DNA from: Candidatus Paceibacter sp.
GTDB taxonomy: Bacteria; Patescibacteriota; Patescibacteriia; S139-126
Assembly: GCA_020724865.1 (NCBI GenBank)
Contig: DYGA01000001.1
Coordinates: 196,624 to 260,623 of the forward strand
Direction: 5' to 3'
DNA: 64,000 nt
The notes below the pieces were generated by a model that saw only the letters and a program-made list of their open reading frames with translations, had not been told where the DNA came from and did no database searches. Below, in pieces: positions 9,638-18,306 of this stretch. The position numbers and the translations under genes are program-made. Numbering within the stretch: the stretch's first letter is position 1; each line of letters begins with the position of its first letter.

Positions 9638-9918
9638 TATGTTTATTTTAAAATTATATTTAAATTTATTTCAGGCACTTTGACTTCCTTTTTACATTTT
9701 TTGTTGTTTTGATTTGTCTATTTATTGACACATTATCAATTTAAATCCAATTAATAATAGATGTTATATGTAATATATTTATATTTTTTGTGCTTATATT
9801 TTAAAGTAGAAAAAAATGTATTCATCAATTTTATACAGTTGATTTATAATTAAGATTTATCTAGTAACAAGGCGCTTTGCGCCGAGGTAACATCTTTCAA
9901 TTTCGTTAAATTTTAAAT

Positions 9919-10008
9919 TGGCGGAGAGGGTGGGATTTGAACCCACGAAGGATTTTCATCCTTACCGCATTTCGAGTGCGGCGCTTTCAACCACTCAGCC
10001 ACCTCTCC
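9919..10008 (-). tRNA. tRNA-Ser(CGA)
   Basis: Cloverleaf with long variable arm, anticodon arm CCGCA-CTCGAAA-TGCGG, encoded CCA. Confidence 0.95.
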
Positions 10009-10185
10009 GGGTTATTATTAAGTATTTAAGTATTAAGGAACAGGTATATAAGTTATCAGTAATGTATATTATAACTTTTAAATTATATTAAGACAAAGAT
10101 TGACAAAATCCCAAAAAATGCTATTATTATTGGTCACTTAGTTGTTTAAAAAAATATTTTATTCATAAAAATAGGAGAGACAACA

Positions 10186-10671
10186 ATGTTCGATAAATCA
10201 ATTTTTGAAAAATTACCACTAAGAGTAGTGGTATTTGAGGACAATACAGCTGAGCAAATAGCTGCTGGTATAGCACTCACAAAGGTGGGCTTAAAATGTG
10301 AAATCATTGATCACTTTGATCTCAATGCTATCAGTGATGATAGTTCAGTGATCGGTGTGCTCACTGATGTATTTTTAACTACTGAACCCGAAGGATTTGG
10401 GATTGCTGCTTTTTGTTCTCAACACAGTATACCGTGTTGTATAGTAACCCAACAAGTTAACCATAATTTTTCTGGCTGGAAGGGCGCTATTTTGGAAATA
10501 TGGGATAAACTTGATATTAAAGTTTTCTTATCAACCACTTCTCCTAAAAATTGGGAAAGTGCCGCACTTTATTTTGCGCAAAGAATCCATACCGAACTAT
10601 TGAAAGCTCCCACCCCGCTTGGTAAAAGTTACCAACGTTATTTTTATCATCTTAACCAACAAGATGAATAA
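10186..10671 (+). CDS. Divergent stand-alone receiver (REC)-like protein
   Basis: VVVFEDN, VLTDV, EG.G, IPCCIVT follow the CheY pattern; AGGAG SD; TTGACA...TGCTATTAT upstream. Confidence 0.5.
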   Translation: MFDKSIFEKLPLRVVVFEDNTAEQIAAGIALTKVGLKCEIIDHFDLNAISDDSSVIGVLTDVFLTTEPEGFGIAAFCSQHSIPCCIVTQQVNHNFSGWKGAILEIWDKLDIKVFLSTTSPKNWESAALYFAQRIHTELLKAPTPLGKSYQRYFYHLNQQDE

Positions 10672-10678
10672 AAAGAAT

Positions 10679-10709
10679 AAGGACTCGAAATCTCGAGTCC
10701 TTTTATTTT
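10679..10709. terminator. Bidirectional intrinsic terminator
   Basis: AAGGACTCGA-AATC-TCGAGTCCTT followed by a T tract. Confidence 0.8.
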
Positions 10710-10714
10710 GGCGC

Positions 10715-10960
10715 TTACCAGTTGTTTAGTTTGGTAGCGTTAAATGTTCCGCCTAATTTTGCTAAGTTATTATCATTGTTGTGCCCCGGTACACCACCGA
10801 TGCCATAGGTTGGTAAAGTGGTTTGACCCACAAAGGGTACGTGAATTTTGTCATGGCCAAAGCCAAGGTCAGCGTGTACGCCATTGTTTAGTGAAAAGTG
10901 GACAGGTGATAACGGCTTATCATTGATGATAGGCGGATTGAATTTATCCATGTGGTTCAT
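10715..10960 (-). CDS. Small hypothetical protein (Asn/Gly/His-rich)
   Basis: AAGGAGGTG SD 6 nt before the ATG at 10960; ends at the shared terminator. Confidence 0.6.
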   Translation of the reverse strand: MNHMDKFNPPIINDKPLSPVHFSLNNGVHADLGFGHDKIHVPFVGQTTLPTYGIGGVPGHNNDNNLAKLGGTFNATKLNNW

Positions 10961-11122
10961 GGTTTTCACCTCCTTAAAGTAGTTTAAATGAACGAAATAT
11001 ATTGATTTGGAATTTTATAAATTGGTGAGAAATATTGTAGCAAAAAGCCGGTTTTTGGTCAATGGTTAGATTGTCGAAAAACTCGCCAAGTGTCATACTA
11101 AAAATATAATTATAAAAAATTT

Positions 11123-11518
11123 ATGAACTCCTATAATTGGTATCAAACTCTAATTAAACCCGCTTGGGCGCCGCCAACTTTTTTGTTTGGACCAGTCTGG
11201 ACCGCACTTTATACTATAATAGCCATATCTTTTGGTACTGTTTTTTACAAAATTTTCACCAAACAACTTCCCACCACACTGGCCTGGCCCTTTGTTTTGA
11301 ATTTAGTTTTCAATTTTGCTTTCACCCCTTTGCAGTTTGGTTTGAAAAACAATCTGCTGGCAGCTATAGATATTTTACTGGTACTAGCTACTTTAGTCTG
11401 GGCACTGGTGGCTATTTATCCGCATCTCAAATGGGTGACTTTGGTTAATATCCCTTATTTACTCTGGGTGTGTTTTGCCACAGTATTGCAAATAACCATC
11501 ACTTATTTAAATAGATAA
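11123..11518 (+). CDS. tspO: TspO/MBR tryptophan-rich sensory protein
   Basis: WYQTLIKPAWAPP.FLFGPVWT.LY; PYLLWVCFAT. Confidence 0.9.
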   Translation: MNSYNWYQTLIKPAWAPPTFLFGPVWTALYTIIAISFGTVFYKIFTKQLPTTLAWPFVLNLVFNFAFTPLQFGLKNNLLAAIDILLVLATLVWALVAIYPHLKWVTLVNIPYLLWVCFATVLQITITYLNR

Positions 11519-11562
11519 CTTACAAGTGCTATAATGTAAATATTAAGTATTAATATTTTTAT

Positions 11563-11817
11563 ATGAAATTCAAAAAGAACGAAGGCACAATTGATCGTAT
11601 TATTCGGGTAGTTGTTGGGTTGGTTTTGATTTTTTTGGGCATGCAATATACCGCTTGGTTATGGATTTTAGGATTGGTGGTACTGGCCACTGGTGTAATT
11701 GGTTGGTGTGGTCTTTATCAGGTGCTTGGTATTTCCACCTGCAAAGTAAAACCAGCTGAAACAAAAGACCAAACTCCACCTACTACTCCTCCAACAGATA
11801 CGCCATCGGTGATGTAA
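11563..11817 (+). CDS. DUF2892 (YgaP-like) membrane protein
   Basis: KNEGTIDRIIRV...GWCGLY..LGISTC. Confidence 0.85.
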   Translation: MKFKKNEGTIDRIIRVVVGLVLIFLGMQYTAWLWILGLVVLATGVIGWCGLYQVLGISTCKVKPAETKDQTPPTTPPTDTPSVM

Positions 11818-11819
11818 AA

Positions 11820-11865
11820 TAGAAAATTAAAAGGACTCATGAAGATGAGTTCTTTTAATTTTCTA
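11820..11865 (+). terminator. Intrinsic terminator (long inverted repeat)
   Basis: TAGAAAATTAAAAGGACTCAT-GAAG-ATGAGTTCTTTTAATTTTCTA. Confidence 0.75.
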
Positions 11866-11900
11866 GAAAAATTTTTTCATGAAATAACAAAATAAATTTT

Positions 11901-12806
11901 ATGAAATATAACCAATTAACCTCAGAAGAAAAAAGAATCATCGAAGATAAAGGTACAGAAATGCCAGGCAGTGGTGAGTATGATGATTTTTTTGAGAGTG
12001 GAATCTATACTTGCCGAAGATGCAATGCCTGGCTCTACCGCTCAGCAGATAAATTTTCCGCTCACTGCGGTTGGCCCAGTTTTGATCAAGAAATTGCTGG
12101 AGCAGTTATTAGACAAACAGATGCTGACGGACAGCGTACTGAAATTTTGTGTGCACGCTGTGGTGGACATTTGGGGCATGTATTTATCGGAGAAAAATTT
12201 ACGGCGCGTGATACCCGTCACTGTGTTAATTCTTTGTCTTTGCGTTTTATCCCTGAATCTGAATTAAAAGAAAAAATTCAAACTATAGTTTTGGGTGGTG
12301 GGTGTTTTTGGTGTTTGGAAGCATATTTTTCGCAAGTGCAAGGAATCACCTTAGTTATATCTGGTTATGCGGGCGGTGATATAGAAAATCCTACCTATGA
12401 GCAGGTTTGCAGTGGCAAGACTGGTCATGCTGAAGTAGTGAAAATAGAATTTGACCAAACCCAAATTGCTCTGGAAATGATTTTACAAATATTTTTTACA
12501 TTGCATGATCCTACTACCCGCAATCGTCAAGGCGCTGATGTTGGTAGTCAGTACCGCTCAATCATTTTGACTAAAGATGATGAACAAAAAGATATTGTAG
12601 AAAATTTTGTCAGTAAGTTAATTGAAAGTAAATTATTTTTTAAACCCATTGTCACAGAAGTAAAACTTTTGGATAAGTTTTATCAAGCCGAAGATTATCA
12701 CCAGGAATATTTTAAAAATCATCCCGAAGCCGCTTACTGCCAGGCCGTGATTTCCCCTAAACTTGCCAAATTGCGTCAGCATTTTTCTTTACTTTTGAAA
12801 CCCTAA
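11901..12806 (+). CDS. msrAB: Bifunctional methionine sulfoxide reductase MsrB-MsrA
   Basis: MsrB GWPSF, HLGHVF, RHCVNS; MsrA GGCFWC, GHAEVV, AEDYHQEY. Confidence 0.93.
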   Translation: MKYNQLTSEEKRIIEDKGTEMPGSGEYDDFFESGIYTCRRCNAWLYRSADKFSAHCGWPSFDQEIAGAVIRQTDADGQRTEILCARCGGHLGHVFIGEKFTARDTRHCVNSLSLRFIPESELKEKIQTIVLGGGCFWCLEAYFSQVQGITLVISGYAGGDIENPTYEQVCSGKTGHAEVVKIEFDQTQIALEMILQIFFTLHDPTTRNRQGADVGSQYRSIILTKDDEQKDIVENFVSKLIESKLFFKPIVTEVKLLDKFYQAEDYHQEYFKNHPEAAYCQAVISPKLAKLRQHFSLLLKP

Positions 12807-12809
12807 AAC

Positions 12810-12831
12810 TGCCCCAAATAAGGGCATTTTT
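12810..12831 (+). terminator. Intrinsic terminator
   Basis: TGCCC...GGGCA followed by TTTTT right after the msr stop. Confidence 0.55.
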
Positions 12832-12974
12832 GGTTGATTTTTATAGTCAAAAATGATGAAATAAAAACAAGTAGATAATTATTAGTTACTAATTATTAAT
12901 TAATAATCAATTGATTAATTTTTAATTATTTAATTAGTAATTTCTAATCTCTAATCCAAATTTTATTTTAAACC

Positions 12975-13418
12975 ATGATATTTAAAACCGATATAATTTT
13001 AAATTGGCCCATCGAGAACACTTTTGCTGCGCTGAAGAGTCCAGCGATGATGAAAAAAGTTGCTTGGCCTTTGGTGATATTTAAACCAGTGAATCCAGAA
13101 GTGTTTCCTGAGAGCTGGCAGGACGGGCAAACTTATAAAATGAATATGTACTTACTTGGTTTTTTACCGATGGGTTGGCAGGAGTTGAAAATTTCTGGTC
13201 AGCAAGATGCAGATAAATATATACTCAAAGATGTTGGTCCGGGTTGGGCAGTAAAATGGTGGGACCATCAAGTGATCCTGACAAAAACATCAGAAAACAA
13301 AACCCATTACAAAGAAGAACTTATTTTATCTACTGGTTTTTTGAAACCGATTATTTGGTTGGGCATGACAACACTTTTTTGGTGGCGAAAATATAGATGG
13401 TTAAAGTTAACTAAATAA
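12975..13418 (+). CDS. Hypothetical protein, SRPBCC/START-like
   Basis: WWDHQV and FWWRK patterns resemble SRPBCC-fold proteins. Confidence 0.5.
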   Translation: MIFKTDIILNWPIENTFAALKSPAMMKKVAWPLVIFKPVNPEVFPESWQDGQTYKMNMYLLGFLPMGWQELKISGQQDADKYILKDVGPGWAVKWWDHQVILTKTSENKTHYKEELILSTGFLKPIIWLGMTTLFWWRKYRWLKLTK

Positions 13419-13442
13419 AAGATTTCTATCAGTTAATAAAGT

Positions 13443-13931
13443 ATGAAAAAATTTATTGAATTTATAATAAAAATGTTGGAATTATTGTTTGGTTTTACAA
13501 AAACAAAAACCAACACCAACGCGATGAGATATTTGCTAAAAGAGAAGACTATGAATAGTTCTGAACAAGCATTATATATAAATTTACAAAAAATGTTAGG
13601 CGATAAATATATTGTGCTTTCCAAAGTCCGACTTGAAGATTTTATAGAAGTTGATACTAGAGGTTTATCGCGTAATGAGTGGTGGGGTTTGAGAGGAAAA
13701 ATTAAATCCAGACATGTTGATTTTTTGATTTGTGATTTAAATACAACAAAACCGATTTTGGCTATTGAACTTGATGGTAATTCTCACCAAACACACAAAA
13801 GGATAGAACGAGATAATTTTATAGATGAATTGTATTCTTCTGTTCAATTGAGAATAGAACACATTAGAGTAGGTAGTGATTTTAAACAAAAAGTAGAAAA
13901 AATCAGCACTTTACTTACTGACAATAAATAA
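13443..13931 (+). CDS. DUF2726 protein (PD-(D/E)xK-like)
   Basis: SKVRLEDFI, HVDFLICD, AIELDGNSH, RD. Confidence 0.85.
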   Translation: MKKFIEFIIKMLELLFGFTKTKTNTNAMRYLLKEKTMNSSEQALYINLQKMLGDKYIVLSKVRLEDFIEVDTRGLSRNEWWGLRGKIKSRHVDFLICDLNTTKPILAIELDGNSHQTHKRIERDNFIDELYSSVQLRIEHIRVGSDFKQKVEKISTLLTDNK

Positions 13932-13980
13932 TATCAAATTAATTTTTTATTATAGATTCTTAATTCTAATTTATATTTAC

Positions 13981-15069
13981 ATGGCTAAAGTATATGGACA
14001 AATAGGCTCATTTTTAAGACTTTGTGATAGTTTGAAAATAAAAAATGTAAATGTTTTTGAATCTTTTGAGGAAATTAGAAAATTAGTTGATAATTATAAG
14101 GAAGCCCCAGAAAAAATAAAAAATAAAAAAATTGAAGAATTGAAAAATGAAATTGATGAAATAAGAAATAAAATTGAGAAACTAAAGTTTGAATATGATA
14201 AGGAAATAACAGAGAGAAAGGAAAAATTATTGAAAGAAAAAAAAGAGTTGGATTGGTTTATAGAAGTTTATTCCAGGGATGTAAATAATATATTTAAAAA
14301 AATAATAAATTATTATAAAAAGAGAAAATTTATTGAGAGAAAAGAATGGATTGAAAAGTTTTTTGATTATGAACTTAACCGACCTTTCAAAAGTATTATA
14401 GATGAAATAAAATCTTGGCAATCTGATTTAGATTATCGACAAGATAATTTTGATAAAATAGTTGAAGAAAAATATAACGAAGAAGTCAACTTTTTGAATT
14501 TAGTTTATAACACTATCAAAAGTAACAAAGAGTTTTATTATGGAGCAATTGGTGAACAAATGGTGCTTGATAAATTGAAAAGTTTACCTGATGAATATAC
14601 TATTATAAATAATTTTCAACATAAATTTAGCAGACCAGTGCCTGACAGAAAAAATAATGATTTTATTTATTCAGTGCAAATTGATCATATATTAGTTGGT
14701 CCCACTGGTTTGTATTTGATTGAGACAAAAAATTGGAGTAAAAATAGTATGGATGATTTAGATCTTTATTCTCCAATCAAACAAATAAAACGTTCTTCGT
14801 TAGCACTATTTGCTTTATTGAATCAAGCCATACGTCAGGGTTATTTATCTAGATTTTTGGATCCATGGGGAGAAGAACAAATTTCACCTAAAAAAATATT
14901 GGTTGTTATAAATCATAAACCAGAACAAGAATATCAGTTTGTTAAAATATTAACTCCTGGTGAATTGGAAAAATATATATTAAATGAAAAGGTTTTTTTT
15001 ACAAAAGAACAAGTAGAAAATTTAGTAACTTATTTAAAATCAGAAAAAAACTATTTTCATGCATATTGA
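13981..15069 (+). CDS. Coiled-coil plus NERD nuclease-related domain protein
   Basis: GAIGEQ.V, QIDHILVGPTGLYLIETKNW, SPIKQ. Confidence 0.85.
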   Translation: MAKVYGQIGSFLRLCDSLKIKNVNVFESFEEIRKLVDNYKEAPEKIKNKKIEELKNEIDEIRNKIEKLKFEYDKEITERKEKLLKEKKELDWFIEVYSRDVNNIFKKIINYYKKRKFIERKEWIEKFFDYELNRPFKSIIDEIKSWQSDLDYRQDNFDKIVEEKYNEEVNFLNLVYNTIKSNKEFYYGAIGEQMVLDKLKSLPDEYTIINNFQHKFSRPVPDRKNNDFIYSVQIDHILVGPTGLYLIETKNWSKNSMDDLDLYSPIKQIKRSSLALFALLNQAIRQGYLSRFLDPWGEEQISPKKILVVINHKPEQEYQFVKILTPGELEKYILNEKVFFTKEQVENLVTYLKSEKNYFHAY

Positions 15070-15100
15070 GGAAGAGACACAAAGTGGAAATAAATAATTT

Positions 15101-15364
15101 ATGACAAGAAAAGATTATTCAAAATTATCCAAAGAAGAACTGATCCAGCTGGTAGAGAAATTAGAATCCCGCAAAAAATACGGGCTGGTGTGGGATGAGG
15201 AGCGAACAAAAGAAAAATTTGAAAAGGAATCAGAAAACGCCTTGCCGGTTTTGAAAGAAGTCAAAAGTAAAGAGATTAAAACTGATCCAACCAAGCCGAC
15301 CAATATCTTGATTGAAGGCGATAATTATCACGCTCTTTCTGTTTTGAACTACACCCACCAATGA
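15101..15364 (+). pseudogene. N-terminal fragment of a type III R-M Mod-like DNA methyltransferase
   Basis: KKYGLVWDE...NILIEGDNYHALSVLNYTH, then stops before the DPPY motif. Confidence 0.8.
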
Positions 15365-15518
15365 ACTTAGCGAGATTACTACTCAAAGCAAAGAAGCTCA
15401 CATGAGATTTTTCCTGTTTACTAAAGAAGAATTGCAAAACAAAACTGTATATCCAGAAAAAATGAAACAAGGGGTGATTGATTGGCTAAAAACAGGAAAA
15501 AGTTTTTGGGTATATTAA
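15360..15518 (+). pseudogene. C-terminal fragment of an unrelated gene (possibly NUDIX-like)
   Basis: Open frame with no start at its 5' end: NELSEITTQSKEAHMRFFLFTKEELQNKTVYPEKMKQGVIDWLKTGKSFWVY*. Confidence 0.4.
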
Positions 15519-15552
15519 AAATAAATTTTATATTTTTAATTTTGAATTTTAT

Positions 15553-15960
15553 ATGACTATTAAGAAAAATTTTTATTTTAAAGTTATCGGAGTGTGGTTT
15601 TTACTGGCGGTGCTGGCGAATATCAACGGTTTAATCAGAAATTTTGTTTATGGCCCCTATTTAAGTGAGCTGACTGCTCACCAAATAAGTGCCGTGCTTT
15701 TTATCATAATTTTATTGATAGTGAGCTATTTATTTTTTGGAAAAAAAGAATATAGTAATAAAGAATTGTGGTTAGTGGGCAGTCTTTGGTTAGTATTAAC
15801 AATTGCTTTTGAATTTTTGTTTGGTCATTTTGTAATTGGGCACAGTTGGGGAAAATTGTTGGCTGATTATAATCTTTTGGCGGGACGTTTGTGGAGTTTG
15901 GTATTGTTAATCACTTTTCTGGCTCCTTGGATGACAAAAAAAATTTTTAATTATTTATAA
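15553..15960 (+). CDS. Hypothetical membrane protein
   Basis: About four TM helices; NGLIRNFVYGP, FEFLFGHF, LADYNL.GRLW. Confidence 0.75.
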   Translation: MTIKKNFYFKVIGVWFLLAVLANINGLIRNFVYGPYLSELTAHQISAVLFIIILLIVSYLFFGKKEYSNKELWLVGSLWLVLTIAFEFLFGHFVIGHSWGKLLADYNLLAGRLWSLVLLITFLAPWMTKKIFNYL

Positions 15961-16193
15961 CTACTTTTTTGATAAAAAAATAGCCATTGTCTACCAACGA
16001 CAGGTTATAATTTTTGTTTTATAAAAAATTTATGCTAAATGATTAGTTGTTATTAGAAATTTAAAAGGTGACCTTGTGGTCACCTAGAGGGCATTTATGA
16101 AAGGAGGTTCATTTTAAGTCTATACGTTGGTAGGTTTTTTAAAAAAGCAATTATGATTAAATTATAAGTATAATTTAGATATTTGTCTAGATT

Positions 16194-16222
16194 TGAAACA
16201 AAACAGCTAATTTATTGTAGTA
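16194..16222 (+). promoter_or_regulatory. Putative ECF sigma autoregulatory promoter
   Basis: TGAAAC-N16-TGTAGTA, 7 nt before the sigma start codon; second copy at 17584-17612. Confidence 0.65.
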
Positions 16223-16229
16223 TTTATCA

Positions 16230-16790
16230 ATGATGGAATCAATTGCCAGTAGTGATGAGGATATAGTCCGTGAAGTTCAAACTGGAGCCACCGAGGCATT
16301 TGGCGTTCTAGTTGAGCGTTATGAGGACAAAATGAAGCGTTATGCGCGTCGCTTTTTGTTTGGTTATGAAGAAGCCGAAGATATTGTTCAGGAAGTTTTT
16401 ATAAAGGCTTATATAAATATCCATTCGTTTGATGCAAGACGCAAATTTTCTTCCTGGCTTTACCGTATTGCCCACAATGAATTCATTAATGCTATCAAGA
16501 AAAAAGGTAAAGAACCGGTGCCATTTTTTGATCCTGACAGTTTATTTCCTCACCCCATTGCCAAGGAAGAAACCGACAGTGAAATTAATCGTCAAGAAGT
16601 AGTGAAACAGTTAGAACAGTGTCTAGATAAAGTTGATGCTAAATATCGAGAAGTGATGGTATTATATTATTTTGAAGATCTAGATTATCAGCAGATCGCT
16701 GATATTTTACAAATTCCGATAGCAACTGTAGGCGTGAGATTAAAGCGGGGGCGGGAAAAAATTAAAAAATTATTAGACCAAAAAATATAA
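16230..16790 (+). CDS. ECF RNA polymerase sigma factor (SigW/RpoE-like)
   Basis: AEDIVQEVFIKAY, FSSWLYRIAHN, region 4 YQQIADILQIP.ATV..RL.RGR. Confidence 0.92.
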   Translation: MMESIASSDEDIVREVQTGATEAFGVLVERYEDKMKRYARRFLFGYEEAEDIVQEVFIKAYINIHSFDARRKFSSWLYRIAHNEFINAIKKKGKEPVPFFDPDSLFPHPIAKEETDSEINRQEVVKQLEQCLDKVDAKYREVMVLYYFEDLDYQQIADILQIPIATVGVRLKRGREKIKKLLDQKI

Positions 16791-16792
16791 TT

Positions 16793-17551
16793 ATGGAAAG
16801 TGAAAAAACACCAAAGCTGAAAGAACAAATTTTAAGCAAAATAAAATCAGGCAGTATTAAAGCTAAGCCCAAATTTCATTTTGTCTTGCGGACTTTGTTA
16901 CTAATTAGCGGTTTAGTAGCGGCGGGATTGTTGTTATTGTATTTGATTAGTTTTGTAATTTTTTTATTACGCGTCAATGGTTTATGGCAAGCTCCGACTT
17001 TTGGTTTTAGGGGTTGGGGTATGCTGTTTACATCTTTACCCTGGATGTTACTGATATTGATTGGTTTTTTTGTTTTGGTGATGGAAATTTTAGTTAAACA
17101 TTTTTCTTTTGCTTACCGTAGACCGTTGCTTTATTCGGTATTGGGGATATTAGTATTTCTGGGTGTAAGTGGTTTTGTGGTAGCTCAAACACCTTTTCAC
17201 CAAAATTTATGGGATTTGTCAGAAACAGATTCTGGGTTACCAGTGGCAGGTTCATTATATAGCTTTTTACGTAAAGGTGATCCCGATGATTGGCATCGTG
17301 GTATGGTAATTTCTACAACAGAAGAAGGTTTTCTAATGGAAAATTTAGCCGCCGAAATTTTATCAGTAAAAATTGATGAACAAACGAAAATACCTTTTGC
17401 CCTTGATTTGTTGCCAGGCGATATGGTGATGGTGGCGGGGGAACGTATTGGCGATGAGATTAAAGCTTTTGGTATAAGGGAATTTTCTAAACCAGTGTTT
17501 AGACCAAGGCACATGAAAAAAATGCCTCCTGGTAAAAGTTTAAATCGTTGA
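16793..17551 (+). CDS. Membrane protein, putative anti-sigma factor
   Basis: Starts 2 nt after the sigma stop; three TM segments plus an OB-like C-terminal domain. Confidence 0.65.
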   Translation: MESEKTPKLKEQILSKIKSGSIKAKPKFHFVLRTLLLISGLVAAGLLLLYLISFVIFLLRVNGLWQAPTFGFRGWGMLFTSLPWMLLILIGFFVLVMEILVKHFSFAYRRPLLYSVLGILVFLGVSGFVVAQTPFHQNLWDLSETDSGLPVAGSLYSFLRKGDPDDWHRGMVISTTEEGFLMENLAAEILSVKIDEQTKIPFALDLLPGDMVMVAGERIGDEIKAFGIREFSKPVFRPRHMKKMPPGKSLNR

Positions 17552-17552
17552 T

Positions 17553-17578
17553 AAAATCCCTCAATTTGGGGGATTTTT
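17553..17578 (+). terminator. Intrinsic terminator
   Basis: AAAATCCCTC...GGGGGATTTTT. Confidence 0.7.
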
Positions 17579-17583
17579 AAATA

Positions 17584-17612
17584 TGAAATATTATTTAAAT
17601 TTAGTTGTAGTA
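17584..17612 (+). promoter_or_regulatory. Putative ECF-dependent promoter
   Basis: TGAAAT-N16-TGTAGTA, same geometry as 16194-16222. Confidence 0.6.
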
Positions 17613-17677
17613 ATAAGTGCTAGCAAATAGAATAAGTTAACTTATAGATATTTATAGCTAATTATTAATTTACGAAC

Positions 17678-18157
17678 ATGAAAATTTTTAAGAAAAAATA
17701 TTTATTTTATGGCATTATCCCAGTGTTATTGGGATTAGGGGGTTTATCTGCAGCTTCAGCTCACGGAATATTTGGTTGGCGCGGACAAGCTGATCCGGCC
17801 AGTATGGCGACCGAACAAGCTCAGAGATTTGAACAACTAGCCGAAGTTTTGGGTATCAGTGTTGACCAGGTTAAGGATTATTGGGCCCAAGGTAAAACCC
17901 CTAGAGATATGATCGATGAGTTAGGTTTAGATGAAACTGAAATTCAAGATCGTATGCGTGAGATTCGTCAAGAACACTTAAAAGAGCAATTACAAATATT
18001 GGTAGATCAGGGAGTTATTACTCAAGCTCAAGCTGATGCTAGACTTCAATTTATGGCCAGTCATCAGGCAAATTTAGGCCAAGGCAAAGGAATGTTCGGA
18101 CAGATGCGAGCCAGCCGTGGTGGTAACAAAGGTATGGGTTTCCATTTTGCTCAGTAG
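17678..18157 (+). CDS. Secreted helical protein with Gly/Met-rich tail
   Basis: Signal peptide ending ASA; LAEVLGISVDQV, LVDQGVITQAQAD. Confidence 0.75.
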   Translation: MKIFKKKYLFYGIIPVLLGLGGLSAASAHGIFGWRGQADPASMATEQAQRFEQLAEVLGISVDQVKDYWAQGKTPRDMIDELGLDETEIQDRMREIRQEHLKEQLQILVDQGVITQAQADARLQFMASHQANLGQGKGMFGQMRASRGGNKGMGFHFAQ

Positions 18158-18173
18158 GCAAAATGAAATAAAT

Positions 18174-18211
18174 AAAAGCAGCTCCTAGTCGGAAGACGGG
18201 GCTGTTTTTTT
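18174..18211 (+). terminator. Intrinsic terminator
   Basis: GCAGCTCC..GTC-GGAA-GAC.GGGGCTGT followed by a T tract. Confidence 0.7.
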
Positions 18212-18306
18212 ATTATTCACAGTTTATTTAACTATTGTTTTTTTTGTTTTAGGTATATAATTAATTTTGTCATTTTTCAATGACAGATTAATTATTAAAA
18301 TAAATT

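Noticed and set aside
9871-9883. GGCGCAAAGCGCC (minus strand) as a c-di-GMP-I riboswitch fragment
   Set aside because: The remaining GGCAAA/GNRA architecture is absent; only a 5-bp hairpin
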